From the NCBI GenBank assembly GCA_018663865.1, contig JABJPM010000025.1:9024-73023 (forward strand): a stretch of DNA of 64,000 nt, given 5' to 3'. The position numbers were made by a program, and so were the translations under genes. Origin of the DNA: Candidatus Woesearchaeota archaeon (lineage in GTDB: Archaea; Nanobdellota; Nanobdellia; SCGC-AAA011-G17; PNOQ01). Shown in pieces: positions 36,381-48,382 of this stretch. Each line of letters starts with the position of its first letter. Positions within the stretch are counted from its first letter, which is position 1. Below the pieces are notes generated by a model. The model was not told where the DNA came from, ran no database searches, and worked only from the letters and a program-made list of their open reading frames with translations.

Positions 36381-36788
36381 CTAAAGATCAAGTTCGGCCA
36401 ATTTCTGTTTTATATCATCCAATTCAGCATCTAACCCACTCAAATGATCGATTTTCTTTTTTTCTGGCATTTTGACAGTTTCAGGAACAATAATTTTTTC
36501 TTTTTCCTGGAGGTCCTTGACTTTTGGCAATTCAGATTTAAATTTTTTAAATTCTTTCTCAATTTCACCCATTATTAAATGAAGATTTTTTATTTCCTTC
36601 ATTTTCAATTCCTTGAGAAGCTTATAGCTCTCAACATGTTTTAATAATGTGCCCGCTTCAATGGCAGTGCCAAGAAGATTCTTTCTGAAAGTAATTGCAT
36701 TATCAATTTTAACGTAAGTAGGATCTTCTTCTCTAACCCTTCTTCTTACAACTTTCTTCTTAACCGTCTTCTTTTTTTTAGCAACCAT
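36381..36788 (-). CDS. Hypothetical protein with a basic N-terminus and a helical C-terminus.
   Basis: 135 aa with an MVAKKKKTVKKKVVRRRVRE basic tract. No recognisable domain. Confidence 0.35.
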   Translation of the reverse strand: MVAKKKKTVKKKVVRRRVREEDPTYVKIDNAITFRKNLLGTAIEAGTLLKHVESYKLLKELKMKEIKNLHLIMGEIEKEFKKFKSELPKVKDLQEKEKIIVPETVKMPEKKKIDHLSGLDAELDDIKQKLAELDL

Positions 36789-36791
36789 CGT

Positions 36792-37286
36792 TTAAACTTC
36801 AAATAATTTTTTATCCACCAATAAAATTTTATCTTTTATTTTATCGACTTCTTCTTGCCATTTATTTAATTCTCTATCTTCTTCATCTCGCAATTTACTA
36901 ATTGAACTCAATGCTTTATCAGCTTCATTGCATAGTGCTTTTATTTTATCTACTTGAGTCATGGCAGATTTGTATTGCTCCATCTTTACATAAATTGGTT
37001 TATCTCCAACAATTGGCCTTTCAATTTCTACCGGGGCTCTTTGTACATGCTCAATTTTTTTCGGTACTTCAATATGTTTTGGAGCACTAAATGTCGGTTT
37101 AGAAATTTCTTTTTTTATATTATTGAATTCACTTTTGTAAGATGGAAATAATTCTTTTTCCTCTTTTGGTAAAACAGGTAATTTATTCTCATGTTTATTA
37201 GAAATTGGTTTAAAATCAGGAATTTCTTGAGAAAAATCTTCATGTTTTTTGTCTTTTTTTGATTTGAATAAACCCATAAATATCAA
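36792..37286 (-). CDS. Hypothetical protein with a C-terminal coiled coil.
   Basis: 164 aa with a Lys/Pro-rich N-terminal half and the C-terminus ...MTQVDKIKALCNEADKALSSISKLRDEEDRELNKWQEEVDKIKDKI. Confidence 0.35.
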   Translation of the reverse strand: MIFMGLFKSKKDKKHEDFSQEIPDFKPISNKHENKLPVLPKEEKELFPSYKSEFNNIKKEISKPTFSAPKHIEVPKKIEHVQRAPVEIERPIVGDKPIYVKMEQYKSAMTQVDKIKALCNEADKALSSISKLRDEEDRELNKWQEEVDKIKDKILLVDKKLFEV

Positions 37287-37428
37287 CCTCCGCTTAATAA
37301 AAAACCGATTTTACCTATTAAAAAGCTTTTTTACCACTCAGATGTTGTAAATTCGCCAAATACAGCTCAAAACAAGCCAAATGAAAACCTTTTTAAGTAC
37401 ATATATTAAAAAAATACTAAGGTGATTT

Positions 37429-37983
37429 TTGGTGATGGTATCAAGAGAAAAGATCAACCAACTTGCTATGCAAATTGGAGGGGAATTAGGAACTCAAGTA
37501 GTTGAGATTCTATTGGATCAAGGAGATAACACCTCAGAATTTTTAATTGCAGAAAAACTTGAAGTAAAAATTAATGTAATCAGAAAAACATTATACATGT
37601 TACAAGATGCGAATTTAGTTAATTCAATGAGAAAAAAGGATAAGAAAAAAGGATGGTATATTTACTACTGGACCTTTGATGAAATCCAAGCAAATGCCCT
37701 AATAAACAAAATGAGGGAAATGCGAATATCAAATTTAAAAAAGAGACTAAATGCAGAGCAAAATATAAGTTACTATACTTGTAAAAAACAATGCATTCGT
37801 ACAACATTAGAAAGAGCATTAGAAAGTGATTTTACATGCCTTGAATGTGAGAAAGTTATGCATGAGGTTGATAATTCTAAAAAAGTAAAATTGATCAAAG
37901 AAGAATTAAGTTTTCTAGAACAACCAGAGGAATTGGCAGAAGCTTTGATTGAAGAAACTAATACTGCGGAAGCAGAAGCTTAA
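37429..37983 (+). CDS. tfe: Transcription factor E (TFE, TFIIE-alpha homolog).
   Basis: An N-terminal winged helix (...FLIAEKLEVKINVIRKTLYMLQDANLV...) precedes a zinc-ribbon-like C..C....C..C (YYTCKKQC...FTCLECEKV). 184 aa. Confidence 0.7.
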   Translation: MVMVSREKINQLAMQIGGELGTQVVEILLDQGDNTSEFLIAEKLEVKINVIRKTLYMLQDANLVNSMRKKDKKKGWYIYYWTFDEIQANALINKMREMRISNLKKRLNAEQNISYYTCKKQCIRTTLERALESDFTCLECEKVMHEVDNSKKVKLIKEELSFLEQPEELAEALIEETNTAEAEA

Positions 37984-38546
37984 CTTGGTGGACCAAAAAA
38001 TACTTTAGCACCATCGAATGGTCCAAATGGTATCATATTGAAGAAAAATAATAAGATATTAACTTTCTGACTCATTAATAACGCAGCCCTTTGAGTCATA
38101 TTCATCTTTTTCAATTTTTTTAATAATGTTTTCGAAATTCCCCATAAAATCAAATTTGTAAGTGGGCCAGCAAAAGCAATTAATCTATATGCCATGGCAT
38201 TACTAAATGCTGCTTGGCTAATCGTTACATATCCTGGAGCTATAATCAGGAATGGTGATCCAATTGCTTTCAGGAAAACTCCCAAAATCAATCCAAATGA
38301 AAATAATTCAAAGGTAGCATTGAACCCAAATCCCATTGCAACAAATTTGTGTGCTAATTCATGCAAAATTATTGCTGGAGCGGCAACTATCGCTGCAAAC
38401 TTAAAATCTTCAAGTTTCACTTTTTTAGGATGCATCCTATCCCAAACAGTTCTAGGTCTCTTTACAAAAATTCCTGTAAAAATATATCCTATTGCAAGTG
38501 TTAGTATTGCAAAATAAAAAATTTCCTTGAATGTGATAAACTCCAT
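37980..38546 (-). CDS. M50-family (S2P/SpoIVFB-like) membrane metalloprotease, minimal form.
   Basis: HELAHKFVA (HExxH) lies in a transmembrane helix and NMIPFGPFDG (LDG-like motif) is present. 188 aa. Confidence 0.55.
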   Translation of the reverse strand: MEFITFKEIFYFAILTLAIGYIFTGIFVKRPRTVWDRMHPKKVKLEDFKFAAIVAAPAIILHELAHKFVAMGFGFNATFELFSFGLILGVFLKAIGSPFLIIAPGYVTISQAAFSNAMAYRLIAFAGPLTNLILWGISKTLLKKLKKMNMTQRAALLMSQKVNILLFFFNMIPFGPFDGAKVFFGPPS

Positions 38547-38580
38547 AATATCACAATTGGATAAGCACTTTTAAAACTTA

Positions 38581-39777
38581 CTAAAAAAATTCACTAATCC
38601 TCTTTTGAGTATTAATTTCATTCAAAACTTTACTAATGTTTAAAATTTCAGAAATATTTTGTCCAAATTTTTTTTTAACAAATGATTCTAGATATTCTAT
38701 TGCCAACTTTTTATCTTCAAATTCAATAAAACCTCCATTAACAGATGTCCTAGTTGCTTCCCTGCAAACCCACACTCCCAATGGATATTTGTCCTCGGCA
38801 GTTATAAACCTTAATGCCAAAACGGATCCTTGGATTCCAAGCTTTTTCAATTTTTCAATTATTCCAAGTCGGCAAGCGTAATATCCTCCTGCGGTTTCAG
38901 ATGCATAATTTTTTCTTGAATCAAACTTCTCATAATCAGTAGCATAATATTTTCCATTTTTGCTCCACGGATTTTCCTTGAATGGGACCTCCATTTCAAA
39001 CAATTCAAAGTTCCATACGCCTGGAAAAAAAGCAATCAAATATTGGTTTCCCAAATTTCCCCCAAAATAAACACGCGTATGGTCTATGCAATTTTCAAAT
39101 TTAACATCTTTCAACATTTCTTTTCCGAGTGTATCATCTATGGCAGTAATGCTCCATCGGGTAGGGACTAGTTTTCTATTTTTTTTCAATCCAAGTAATC
39201 CTATGGATAAAATTTTGCTGAGGAAATTTTCATCAATGCCTCGATCATACAATTTCTTCAATCCCCCGACTGACTTCAAATCAATGTCCGAAATTGTTTT
39301 ATCCACAATTGTTTTTATTTTTGGATTTTCCGTTAACCGAATATTCTTTGCATTAGCATTATTACTTAATGGGTTCCCAATCCTATCTAATTTTAGTTTA
39401 TTAATTGGTTTATTTTTCAACTCAACTTCAATTTCGACAGGTTTATGTGCCATCCCAATTTCTTGAGATAAATTAATAAATTTATGATTAAATCCCTTGA
39501 TTTTAGTTTTGAATCGAGAATTGACCAATTTCGATCTCAATTTTAATATATCTTCATCTCCAAAATTCATTTTTATCCAATCTTTCGGGGAATCCAACAT
39601 ATGGGCATCTTTCATAGTTTTTACAGGACTCAAAACTCCAACATTCACATCTGGATACCCGTGCCTACCCACGAAAACAGAGGGCGGAGAGTTTCCAAAA
39701 AATTCATTTTTATTTAAATCTAAATTTTCAAAATTAAATTTTATTATTTCTCGTTGCCCATATCCACTCTTTTGCAT
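38581..39777 (-). CDS. Conserved hypothetical protein, possibly in the Nre (DUF650/DUF651, COG1602) family.
   Basis: 398 aa and soluble. The N-terminus PPSVFVGRHGYPDVNVG vaguely recalls archaeal Nre-like proteins. Low confidence. Confidence 0.3.
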   Translation of the reverse strand: MQKSGYGQREIIKFNFENLDLNKNEFFGNSPPSVFVGRHGYPDVNVGVLSPVKTMKDAHMLDSPKDWIKMNFGDEDILKLRSKLVNSRFKTKIKGFNHKFINLSQEIGMAHKPVEIEVELKNKPINKLKLDRIGNPLSNNANAKNIRLTENPKIKTIVDKTISDIDLKSVGGLKKLYDRGIDENFLSKILSIGLLGLKKNRKLVPTRWSITAIDDTLGKEMLKDVKFENCIDHTRVYFGGNLGNQYLIAFFPGVWNFELFEMEVPFKENPWSKNGKYYATDYEKFDSRKNYASETAGGYYACRLGIIEKLKKLGIQGSVLALRFITAEDKYPLGVWVCREATRTSVNGGFIEFEDKKLAIEYLESFVKKKFGQNISEILNISKVLNEINTQKRISEFF

Positions 39778-39871
39778 GAGTTAGTTAATGGTGCATTATT
39801 TATATATCTAATCTCGGTGTTTGGCAAGCGTAGAAACATTTATAAATAAAACATTGTCCTCAGAATCTACG

Positions 39872-40429
39872 ATGTATAAATATATCCGAAATTTATGGAA
39901 AAAACCAAGTTCAGAATTGTTAAGGGCAAGATTGATCAAATGGAGAAAAGAAGAATCCTTTGTAAAAATTGATAAACCTACAAATATAGCAAGAGCAAGG
40001 CAATTAGGATATAAGGCTAAACAAGGATATATAGTTGTAAGAGTAAAACTTCCACGTGGTGGACGTATGAGACCTTTGATAAAAAAAGGTAGAAGATCCA
40101 AGCATAGAAGAAGATTAAAGATTCTAGGTAAAAACTATCAACAAGTTGCGGAAGAAAGAGCTTCAAGCAAATTCGTAAATTTGGAAGTATTAAATTCATA
40201 TAAATTAGCAAAAGATGGTAAACATTATTGGTTTGAAGTTATTTTAGTTGACCCAAATCACCCAGTGATAAAATCTGATAAAAAAATTAATTGGATTGGA
40301 GAACATAAGGGAAGAGTAAATAGGGGACTAACATCTGCGGCTAAGAAATCAAGGGGACTAAGGAATAAGGGCCTTGGAGCAGAGAATATAAGGCCATCTC
40401 AAAGAGCAAATAAGAGAAAGGCTAAATAA
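39872..40429 (+). CDS. rpl15e: Ribosomal protein L15e (eL15).
   Basis: [27 protein letters not shown]... is the L15e signature. I chose the ATG at 39872 over the track's longer non-ATG start. A TATA-like box lies at 39838-39850. Confidence 0.9.
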   Translation: MYKYIRNLWKKPSSELLRARLIKWRKEESFVKIDKPTNIARARQLGYKAKQGYIVVRVKLPRGGRMRPLIKKGRRSKHRRRLKILGKNYQQVAEERASSKFVNLEVLNSYKLAKDGKHYWFEVILVDPNHPVIKSDKKINWIGEHKGRVNRGLTSAAKKSRGLRNKGLGAENIRPSQRANKRKAK

Positions 40430-40463
40430 TTAGTCTTATATACCCTTTTTATATTTTATTTTC

Positions 40464-41498
40464 ATGTTATCTACTAAACAAATAGAGGAAATCAGAGGAT
40501 ATTTAAAGAAATCAGAAAATCCTCTATTCTTTTTTGATGATGATCCAGATGGATTATGTTCATACTTACTTTTAAAAAAATATATTGACAAGGGTAAAGG
40601 CGTAGTTCTAAAAACAAAACCAATTTTAGAAGAAGGACTATACATGAAAGTCAGAGAATATAATCCCGATTATATTTTTATTTTAGATATTCCGATTGTA
40701 GAACAAGAATTTATTGATAAAGCAAATGTTCCAATAATATGGTTGGATCATCATAAACCAATTGATAGAAAAGGGGTAAAATATTTCAACCCTAGGTTAA
40801 ATGATGACAAAAACAATAAACCAACAACTTACTGGGCACACAAAATTACTGAAGAAAAATTTCCTTGGTTAGCTGCAGTAGGGACAATATCTGATTGGTA
40901 TTATCCTTCATTTGCAAAAGAATTCTCAAAACAAAATCCAAAACTTTTGCCAACAAAAATTAAAACTCCGGATGAGGCAATATTCAATTCTAAACTGGGA
41001 GATATAATTACAATATTTACAATGGTTTTAAAGAATGCAACATCGAAGGTTCATCGCATGGCCAATTTATTGATGAAAATAGAAGACCCATGGGAATTAT
41101 TGGAAAATGAAACATCTCGATCAAAATTTATAAATCGAGAAATTTCAAAACATATGAATGAATATGAGATTTTATTCGAAAAAATTGACAAGTTAAAACC
41201 AACTAAAGAAAAAATATTTCAAGTTTACTTGCCTCCGACAAAAAATTCATATACCAGTACAATTTCAAATTATCTAATCTATAAATATCCTGAGAAAGTA
41301 ATTATGGTAATAAGGCAAAATGAAGAAAAAGTGATAATGAGTTTAAGGAGTACAAAAACAAAATTGCCAGATGCAATTTCAACCGCATTAGAAGGATTAG
41401 ATGGATTCGGTGGGGGCCACGAACTAGCATGTGGGGCAGGAGTCGCGAAGGACCAATTCCCAGAGTTTTTTGAGAGATTACAATCGCAACTTATATAA
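40464..41498 (+). CDS. DHH/DHHA1-family phosphoesterase (NrnA-like nanoRNase or RecJ/GAN-like).
   Basis: The DHH motifs FFFDDDPDG and WLDHH are present, and the DHHA1 motif GFGGGHELACGAG lies at the C-terminus. 344 aa. Confidence 0.75.
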   Translation: MLSTKQIEEIRGYLKKSENPLFFFDDDPDGLCSYLLLKKYIDKGKGVVLKTKPILEEGLYMKVREYNPDYIFILDIPIVEQEFIDKANVPIIWLDHHKPIDRKGVKYFNPRLNDDKNNKPTTYWAHKITEEKFPWLAAVGTISDWYYPSFAKEFSKQNPKLLPTKIKTPDEAIFNSKLGDIITIFTMVLKNATSKVHRMANLLMKIEDPWELLENETSRSKFINREISKHMNEYEILFEKIDKLKPTKEKIFQVYLPPTKNSYTSTISNYLIYKYPEKVIMVIRQNEEKVIMSLRSTKTKLPDAISTALEGLDGFGGGHELACGAGVAKDQFPEFFERLQSQLI

Positions 41499-41521
41499 AT
41501 AATTTTTTTCAATTTAATTAA

Positions 41522-43435
41522 ATGATAAAAAGATTAATTTTGATTATATTTATATTATTAATCATGCCCTTAACTTTTGCACAGCAAGAAAATTACAATG
41601 ATCGTACAGGATTAATAATTAATTACGATTCACATGGTGAAATTATTTTAGAGGGGCAATCAGGATTTAATTCTTTAACAACTACATTAAATTTAAACCC
41701 ATTAGAATCTCCAAGGCAAATAGTAAAATCCCTTTCGACAGATCCCGAACATTATTTAGATGAAGAAAATTTAGTTTTTGAGTGGGGAACATTTCAAAAT
41801 CCTTTTTCATATAATGTGAATTCTCAGATAGAGACAAAAAATAATCTTTACCCGGTCAAACATATACAATTCCCAATACAAAATTTAGAATCAAAATATG
41901 AAAAATATCTGGATGCAGGGGAGATAATTGATATAACTCCAGAAATTGTAAATAAGGCATCAGAAATAGTTAGCGGAGAAACAGACCTTTATTCTGCAGT
42001 ATTCAAGATCTCAGAATGGGTAAATGCGAATATAGAGTATAATCTTTCATCAACAACTGCTGATGCGGCATTACAATCTTCATGGGTATTGGATTCTCGA
42101 GAGGGCGTTTGCGATGAGATCTCATCGCTATTCATTTCATTGTCTAGGTCAGTGGGAATTCCAGCAAGATTCATTTCAGGATTTGCTTATTCAAACTTAA
42201 ATTACGATTTTGAAAATCATGGGTGGGCAGAAGTTTATTTTCCTGGAGAAGGATGGGTACCATATGATATTACTTTTGAACAATTTGGCTGGTTAGATCC
42301 CACTCACATAGCGTTGGACAAATCGATTGATTCGGGGGAGGCCTCAGTAAGATATACTTGGAGGGCAACAAATACAGAATTAGAATCTTCTTCATTTGAA
42401 GATGAAAAAACAATAGTTAGCACTGGGGAAAAAGTAGACAATCCATTCAATTTCGAAATTGAGCCATTATTTTATGAGGTGCAGCAGGGAAGTCATGTTC
42501 CAGTGAAAGTAACAATGAAAAATCCATTTGAAAATAAATATGTTTCAAATACAATAACAATCACAAAGGGGCCGACAATAATAGAAAACAATAGAAAACA
42601 AATTTTATTGAAACCGGGTCAAGAGGGGACGGTTTACTGGATAATGAGGGTTCCAAGCAATCTAAGTAAAAATTTGATATATACTGCAGAATTAGAAGCA
42701 AAAGATTTATTTGAAAAAAGAAAGTCCTCTCAAATTAAATTTGGAGATTCATTTGATTTTATTTCCGAGCAGGAAGCAAATGAATTGGTGGAAAGTTTAC
42801 TAGAAAAAGAAGATAGAAAATATTCGGAAGAATTATCTATCTCTTGCGAATCAGAAAAAGAATATTATTATGACTTTGAAGAAATAAACATACTTTGCGA
42901 TGTAAAAAATCTTGGAAACACGTTGCTAAAAAACACAAAAATATGTTTGGACACAAATTGTAAAAATATGGACTTAAAAATTGGTGTAAAAGAGACACTA
43001 ACATTTAGCAATGTAGAAAAGAAAGATCCAATATTAATTACTGCAAAAGTAAATGAAATTGATTTACTAACTGAGATAGGTGTAAAAATATTTTCAGAAC
43101 CCGATGTAAAGATTCTCGGGCTAAGCTATCCAAAACAAATTGAATATGGTAAAAATTTCAACATCACTTTCACAATAACTTCAATAGCAAAAGTAGAAAA
43201 TTTAAATATAAAATTGAATAATAAGGATCCATCAAATTTAAAAAAAGATTCATTATCTGAATCAGTAGTTATGGTTGCAAATTCAAAAGATTTTCTTTCT
43301 GGAGAAATATTCCTAAAATTAGATTATACTGATGAATATGGAAATGAATTTTTTCAAAAAAGGAATTCAGAAATAACAATAACTGCACTACCTTGGTATG
43401 CGAAAATAATTAGTATTTTCTATAATTTATTTTAA
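41522..43435 (+). CDS. Secreted transglutaminase-like (Cys protease fold) protein.
   Basis: A signal peptide is present. The core GVCDEISSLFISLSRSVGIPARFISGF...HGWAEVYFPGEGWVPYDIT gives a Cys-His-Asp transglutaminase-like triad context. 637 aa. Confidence 0.7.
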   Translation: MIKRLILIIFILLIMPLTFAQQENYNDRTGLIINYDSHGEIILEGQSGFNSLTTTLNLNPLESPRQIVKSLSTDPEHYLDEENLVFEWGTFQNPFSYNVNSQIETKNNLYPVKHIQFPIQNLESKYEKYLDAGEIIDITPEIVNKASEIVSGETDLYSAVFKISEWVNANIEYNLSSTTADAALQSSWVLDSREGVCDEISSLFISLSRSVGIPARFISGFAYSNLNYDFENHGWAEVYFPGEGWVPYDITFEQFGWLDPTHIALDKSIDSGEASVRYTWRATNTELESSSFEDEKTIVSTGEKVDNPFNFEIEPLFYEVQQGSHVPVKVTMKNPFENKYVSNTITITKGPTIIENNRKQILLKPGQEGTVYWIMRVPSNLSKNLIYTAELEAKDLFEKRKSSQIKFGDSFDFISEQEANELVESLLEKEDRKYSEELSISCESEKEYYYDFEEINILCDVKNLGNTLLKNTKICLDTNCKNMDLKIGVKETLTFSNVEKKDPILITAKVNEIDLLTEIGVKIFSEPDVKILGLSYPKQIEYGKNFNITFTITSIAKVENLNIKLNNKDPSNLKKDSLSESVVMVANSKDFLSGEIFLKLDYTDEYGNEFFQKRNSEITITALPWYAKIISIFYNLF

Positions 43436-44889
43436 TAACTTTTACCAAAGTAAGTAACAAATTTAGATTCCAATTCACAAGCAAAACATTTCCCAGTTAC
43501 TTTTCCATCAAACTCACTATTCAAACTTTTAGCACCAGTTTCACCTTTTATATTTTCTTCACAAGAGGGATTTCCACACCAGTTAGCTTTGCCAAATTTT
43601 TTAGAGTCAACTTCTCTTTTCAAATCCGAAATATTAGAAACTGATACAATGGAATTGTCCAATAATTTCCGTGCTCGCTCAAACATATCTGACTGAATTC
43701 GATCTAATAATTGAGTAACTCTTTCTGAGACTTTTGAAATATTTACAAATTCCTTTTCTCCAGTATCTCTTCTAACTAAAACAACCTGTTTCTTTTCGAC
43801 ATCCCTTGGGCCAATTTCTATTCTAATTGGGATTCCCTTCAATTCCCACTCATTAAATTTCCATCCAGCACTATATTCTGTCCTATCATCGAAAACTGCG
43901 GAAAATTTCCTTAATTTTTTGAAAATTTCTTTTGAAAATTTCAAAACATCTTCAGATTTGTTTTTGAATAAAATTGGAACAATTACAATCTTTTCAGTAG
44001 CAATTTTTGGAGGTATAACTAATCCCTTGTCATCCCCATGGACTGCGAACATAACTCCCAACATTCTAGTACTAATTGCCCAAGTATTCTGATATGGCAA
44101 TTGTTTATCTCCATTTTCATCTAAAAAATTAATATCAAACGCTTTAGCAAAATTTTTACCATCAAAATGTGCATCTGGGCCCTGAATTGCTTTACCATTT
44201 GGCATTAAGAATTCAGTACTCCAAGTATATTCTGCTCCAGCAAATTTTTCTTTTTCTGACTTTTGTCCAACCAATGAGGGCAGTGCCAAGTAATCGCTAC
44301 AAAAAGAATCCCACAATTTAATAATATCCTTCATTTCCTTTTCAGCTTCTTTTCTTTTTGCAAATACGGTGTGCCCTTCATTCCATAAAAATTCTCTCCC
44401 TCTCAAAAATGGGACTGCATGTTTGAATTCCCACCTAACTACATTATTCCACTGATTCAATTTTAAAGGTAAATCTTTCCAAGATCTAATCCACTTTGCA
44501 TATGATGGATACATGATTGTTTCAGAAGTAGGCCTAATTGCAAGACGCTCATCAAGTTTTGAATTTCCCGCATGAGTCACCCATGCAACCTCTGGAGAAA
44601 ATCCCTCTACATGATCTTCTTCTTTCATTAAATATTTTTCAGGAATAAATAGTGGAAAATAAGCATTCTGAACGCCCAATTTTTTTAATCTTTTATCCAC
44701 TTCTTTTTGAATAGATTCCCAAATAGAATAACTTCGGGGCCTATAAACTATTGAACCCGATACAGCAGTATAATCTGCCAATTCACTTTTTATGATAGTT
44801 TGAGTATACCACTCTGAAAAATTTTCAGATTTTTTAACAGTAATTCCCTGTTGAATTTCTTTTTTCATACAACAAGATTCAATTAGCAT
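43432..44889 (-). CDS. proS: Prolyl-tRNA synthetase, archaeal/eukaryotic type.
   Basis: FSEWYTQTI..., class II motifs and a C-terminal Zn-binding domain ending in ...Y are present. 485 aa. Confidence 0.9.
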   Translation of the reverse strand: MLIESCCMKKEIQQGITVKKSENFSEWYTQTIIKSELADYTAVSGSIVYRPRSYSIWESIQKEVDKRLKKLGVQNAYFPLFIPEKYLMKEEDHVEGFSPEVAWVTHAGNSKLDERLAIRPTSETIMYPSYAKWIRSWKDLPLKLNQWNNVVRWEFKHAVPFLRGREFLWNEGHTVFAKRKEAEKEMKDIIKLWDSFCSDYLALPSLVGQKSEKEKFAGAEYTWSTEFLMPNGKAIQGPDAHFDGKNFAKAFDINFLDENGDKQLPYQNTWAISTRMLGVMFAVHGDDKGLVIPPKIATEKIVIVPILFKNKSEDVLKFSKEIFKKLRKFSAVFDDRTEYSAGWKFNEWELKGIPIRIEIGPRDVEKKQVVLVRRDTGEKEFVNISKVSERVTQLLDRIQSDMFERARKLLDNSIVSVSNISDLKREVDSKKFGKANWCGNPSCEENIKGETGAKSLNSEFDGKVTGKCFACELESKFVTYFGKSY

Positions 44890-44997
44890 ATTTTTAAACC
44901 TTTTTATTCTTCAATGAAAATTAACGAAAAACATTTAAATAAAATAAATGAATTACACTCATCTTAAAGGGAGAAGAATATTATTTAAAAAAATAAA

Positions 44998-45459
44998 ATG
45001 TATCCACTAACTCATTTCTTGTTTGCATTAGTAATTGCATCAGTATTGCATCTTTACCAAATTTTCAATATATATTTTGTAATCTTAACTGCGATAATTG
45101 GAGTATTAGTAGATCTAGACCATTATTTGCATAGAATAATAAAATTCAAAGATTACAATATCAAAAATTGTTGGAACAGATCAATATTACACAAAGATAA
45201 AAAACAAAGAACATTGATCCATCACAAAAAAGGTGCAATGATAATAAGTGTAATATTACTAGGGATATATTTCATTTCAAAATCATTATTTTTGGCTGGA
45301 GCAATAGGATATTATTCTCACATATTTTTAGATAATCTACATTATAAATTAAAAGAAAAAATAAAATTCAAAGAATTCGGATTTATTGTGAGGATGCCAA
45401 TCCATGAACTAATTTTTGAAGTTATTTTAGCAATTTTAGTATTGTTGATTTATTTATAG
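44998..45459 (+). CDS. Membrane-bound metal-dependent hydrolase-like protein (DUF457/YdjM-like).
   Basis: 153 aa with 4 transmembrane helices and His/Asp motifs in helices (VLVDLDHYLH, HIFLDNLHY). Confidence 0.45.
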   Translation: MYPLTHFLFALVIASVLHLYQIFNIYFVILTAIIGVLVDLDHYLHRIIKFKDYNIKNCWNRSILHKDKKQRTLIHHKKGAMIISVILLGIYFISKSLFLAGAIGYYSHIFLDNLHYKLKEKIKFKEFGFIVRMPIHELIFEVILAILVLLIYL

Positions 45460-45464
45460 AAACC

Positions 45465-45538
45465 TGGCACCGCCCGAATTTGAATCGGGGTTATAAGGCC
45501 CCCAGCCTTATGTGATAACCAAGCTACACTACGGCACC
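45465..45538 (-). tRNA. tRNA-Pro (anticodon GGG).
   Basis: Manual fold. The anticodon stem is TAAGG/CCTTA with loop CTGGGGG (GGG), the T-arm is CCCGA-TTCAAAT-TCGGG, the acceptor stem is GGTGCCG/CGGTGCC, and the discriminator is A. Confidence 0.75.
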
Positions 45539-45551
45539 AAATAAAAAAAAG

Positions 45552-45625
45552 CGGCCTCGAGGGGATTTGAACCCCTATCTACCGGGCCGAAACCGATGGC
45601 TCTATCCAAATTAAGCTACAAGGCC
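45552..45625 (-). tRNA. tRNA-Arg (anticodon UCG).
   Basis: Manual fold. The acceptor stem is GGCCTTG/CGAGGCC, the anticodon stem is ATCGG/CCGGT with loop TTTCGGC (UCG), the T-arm is AGGGG-TTCAAAT-CCCCT, and the discriminator is G. Confidence 0.75.
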
Positions 45626-45710
45626 AACTCACGTTTAACATCGGAGAAAGCGTCACAGTTAGTTCGCACATAAACTCGGCTCCTTCGGCACAACATTAAA
45701 CAAGAATTAT

Positions 45711-48350
<2,640 letters not shown>

Positions 48351-48382
48351 CTATTTAAAACAAAATTTCCAAAATTAACATA

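Noticed and set aside
36792-37286. ESCRT-III/CdvB-like identity for the 164-aa protein, suggested by its N-terminal MGLFKSKK.
   Set aside because: Only the first few residues resemble the ESCRT-III N-terminus. The rest is a Lys/Pro-rich low-complexity region plus a single C-terminal coiled coil, not the ESCRT-III helical hairpin architecture.
45626-45700. A candidate third tRNA or intron-containing tRNA next to tRNA-Arg(UCG).
   Set aside because: I could not find a T-loop or acceptor/anticodon stems consistent with a cloverleaf on either strand. I kept it only as an unexplained GC-rich segment.
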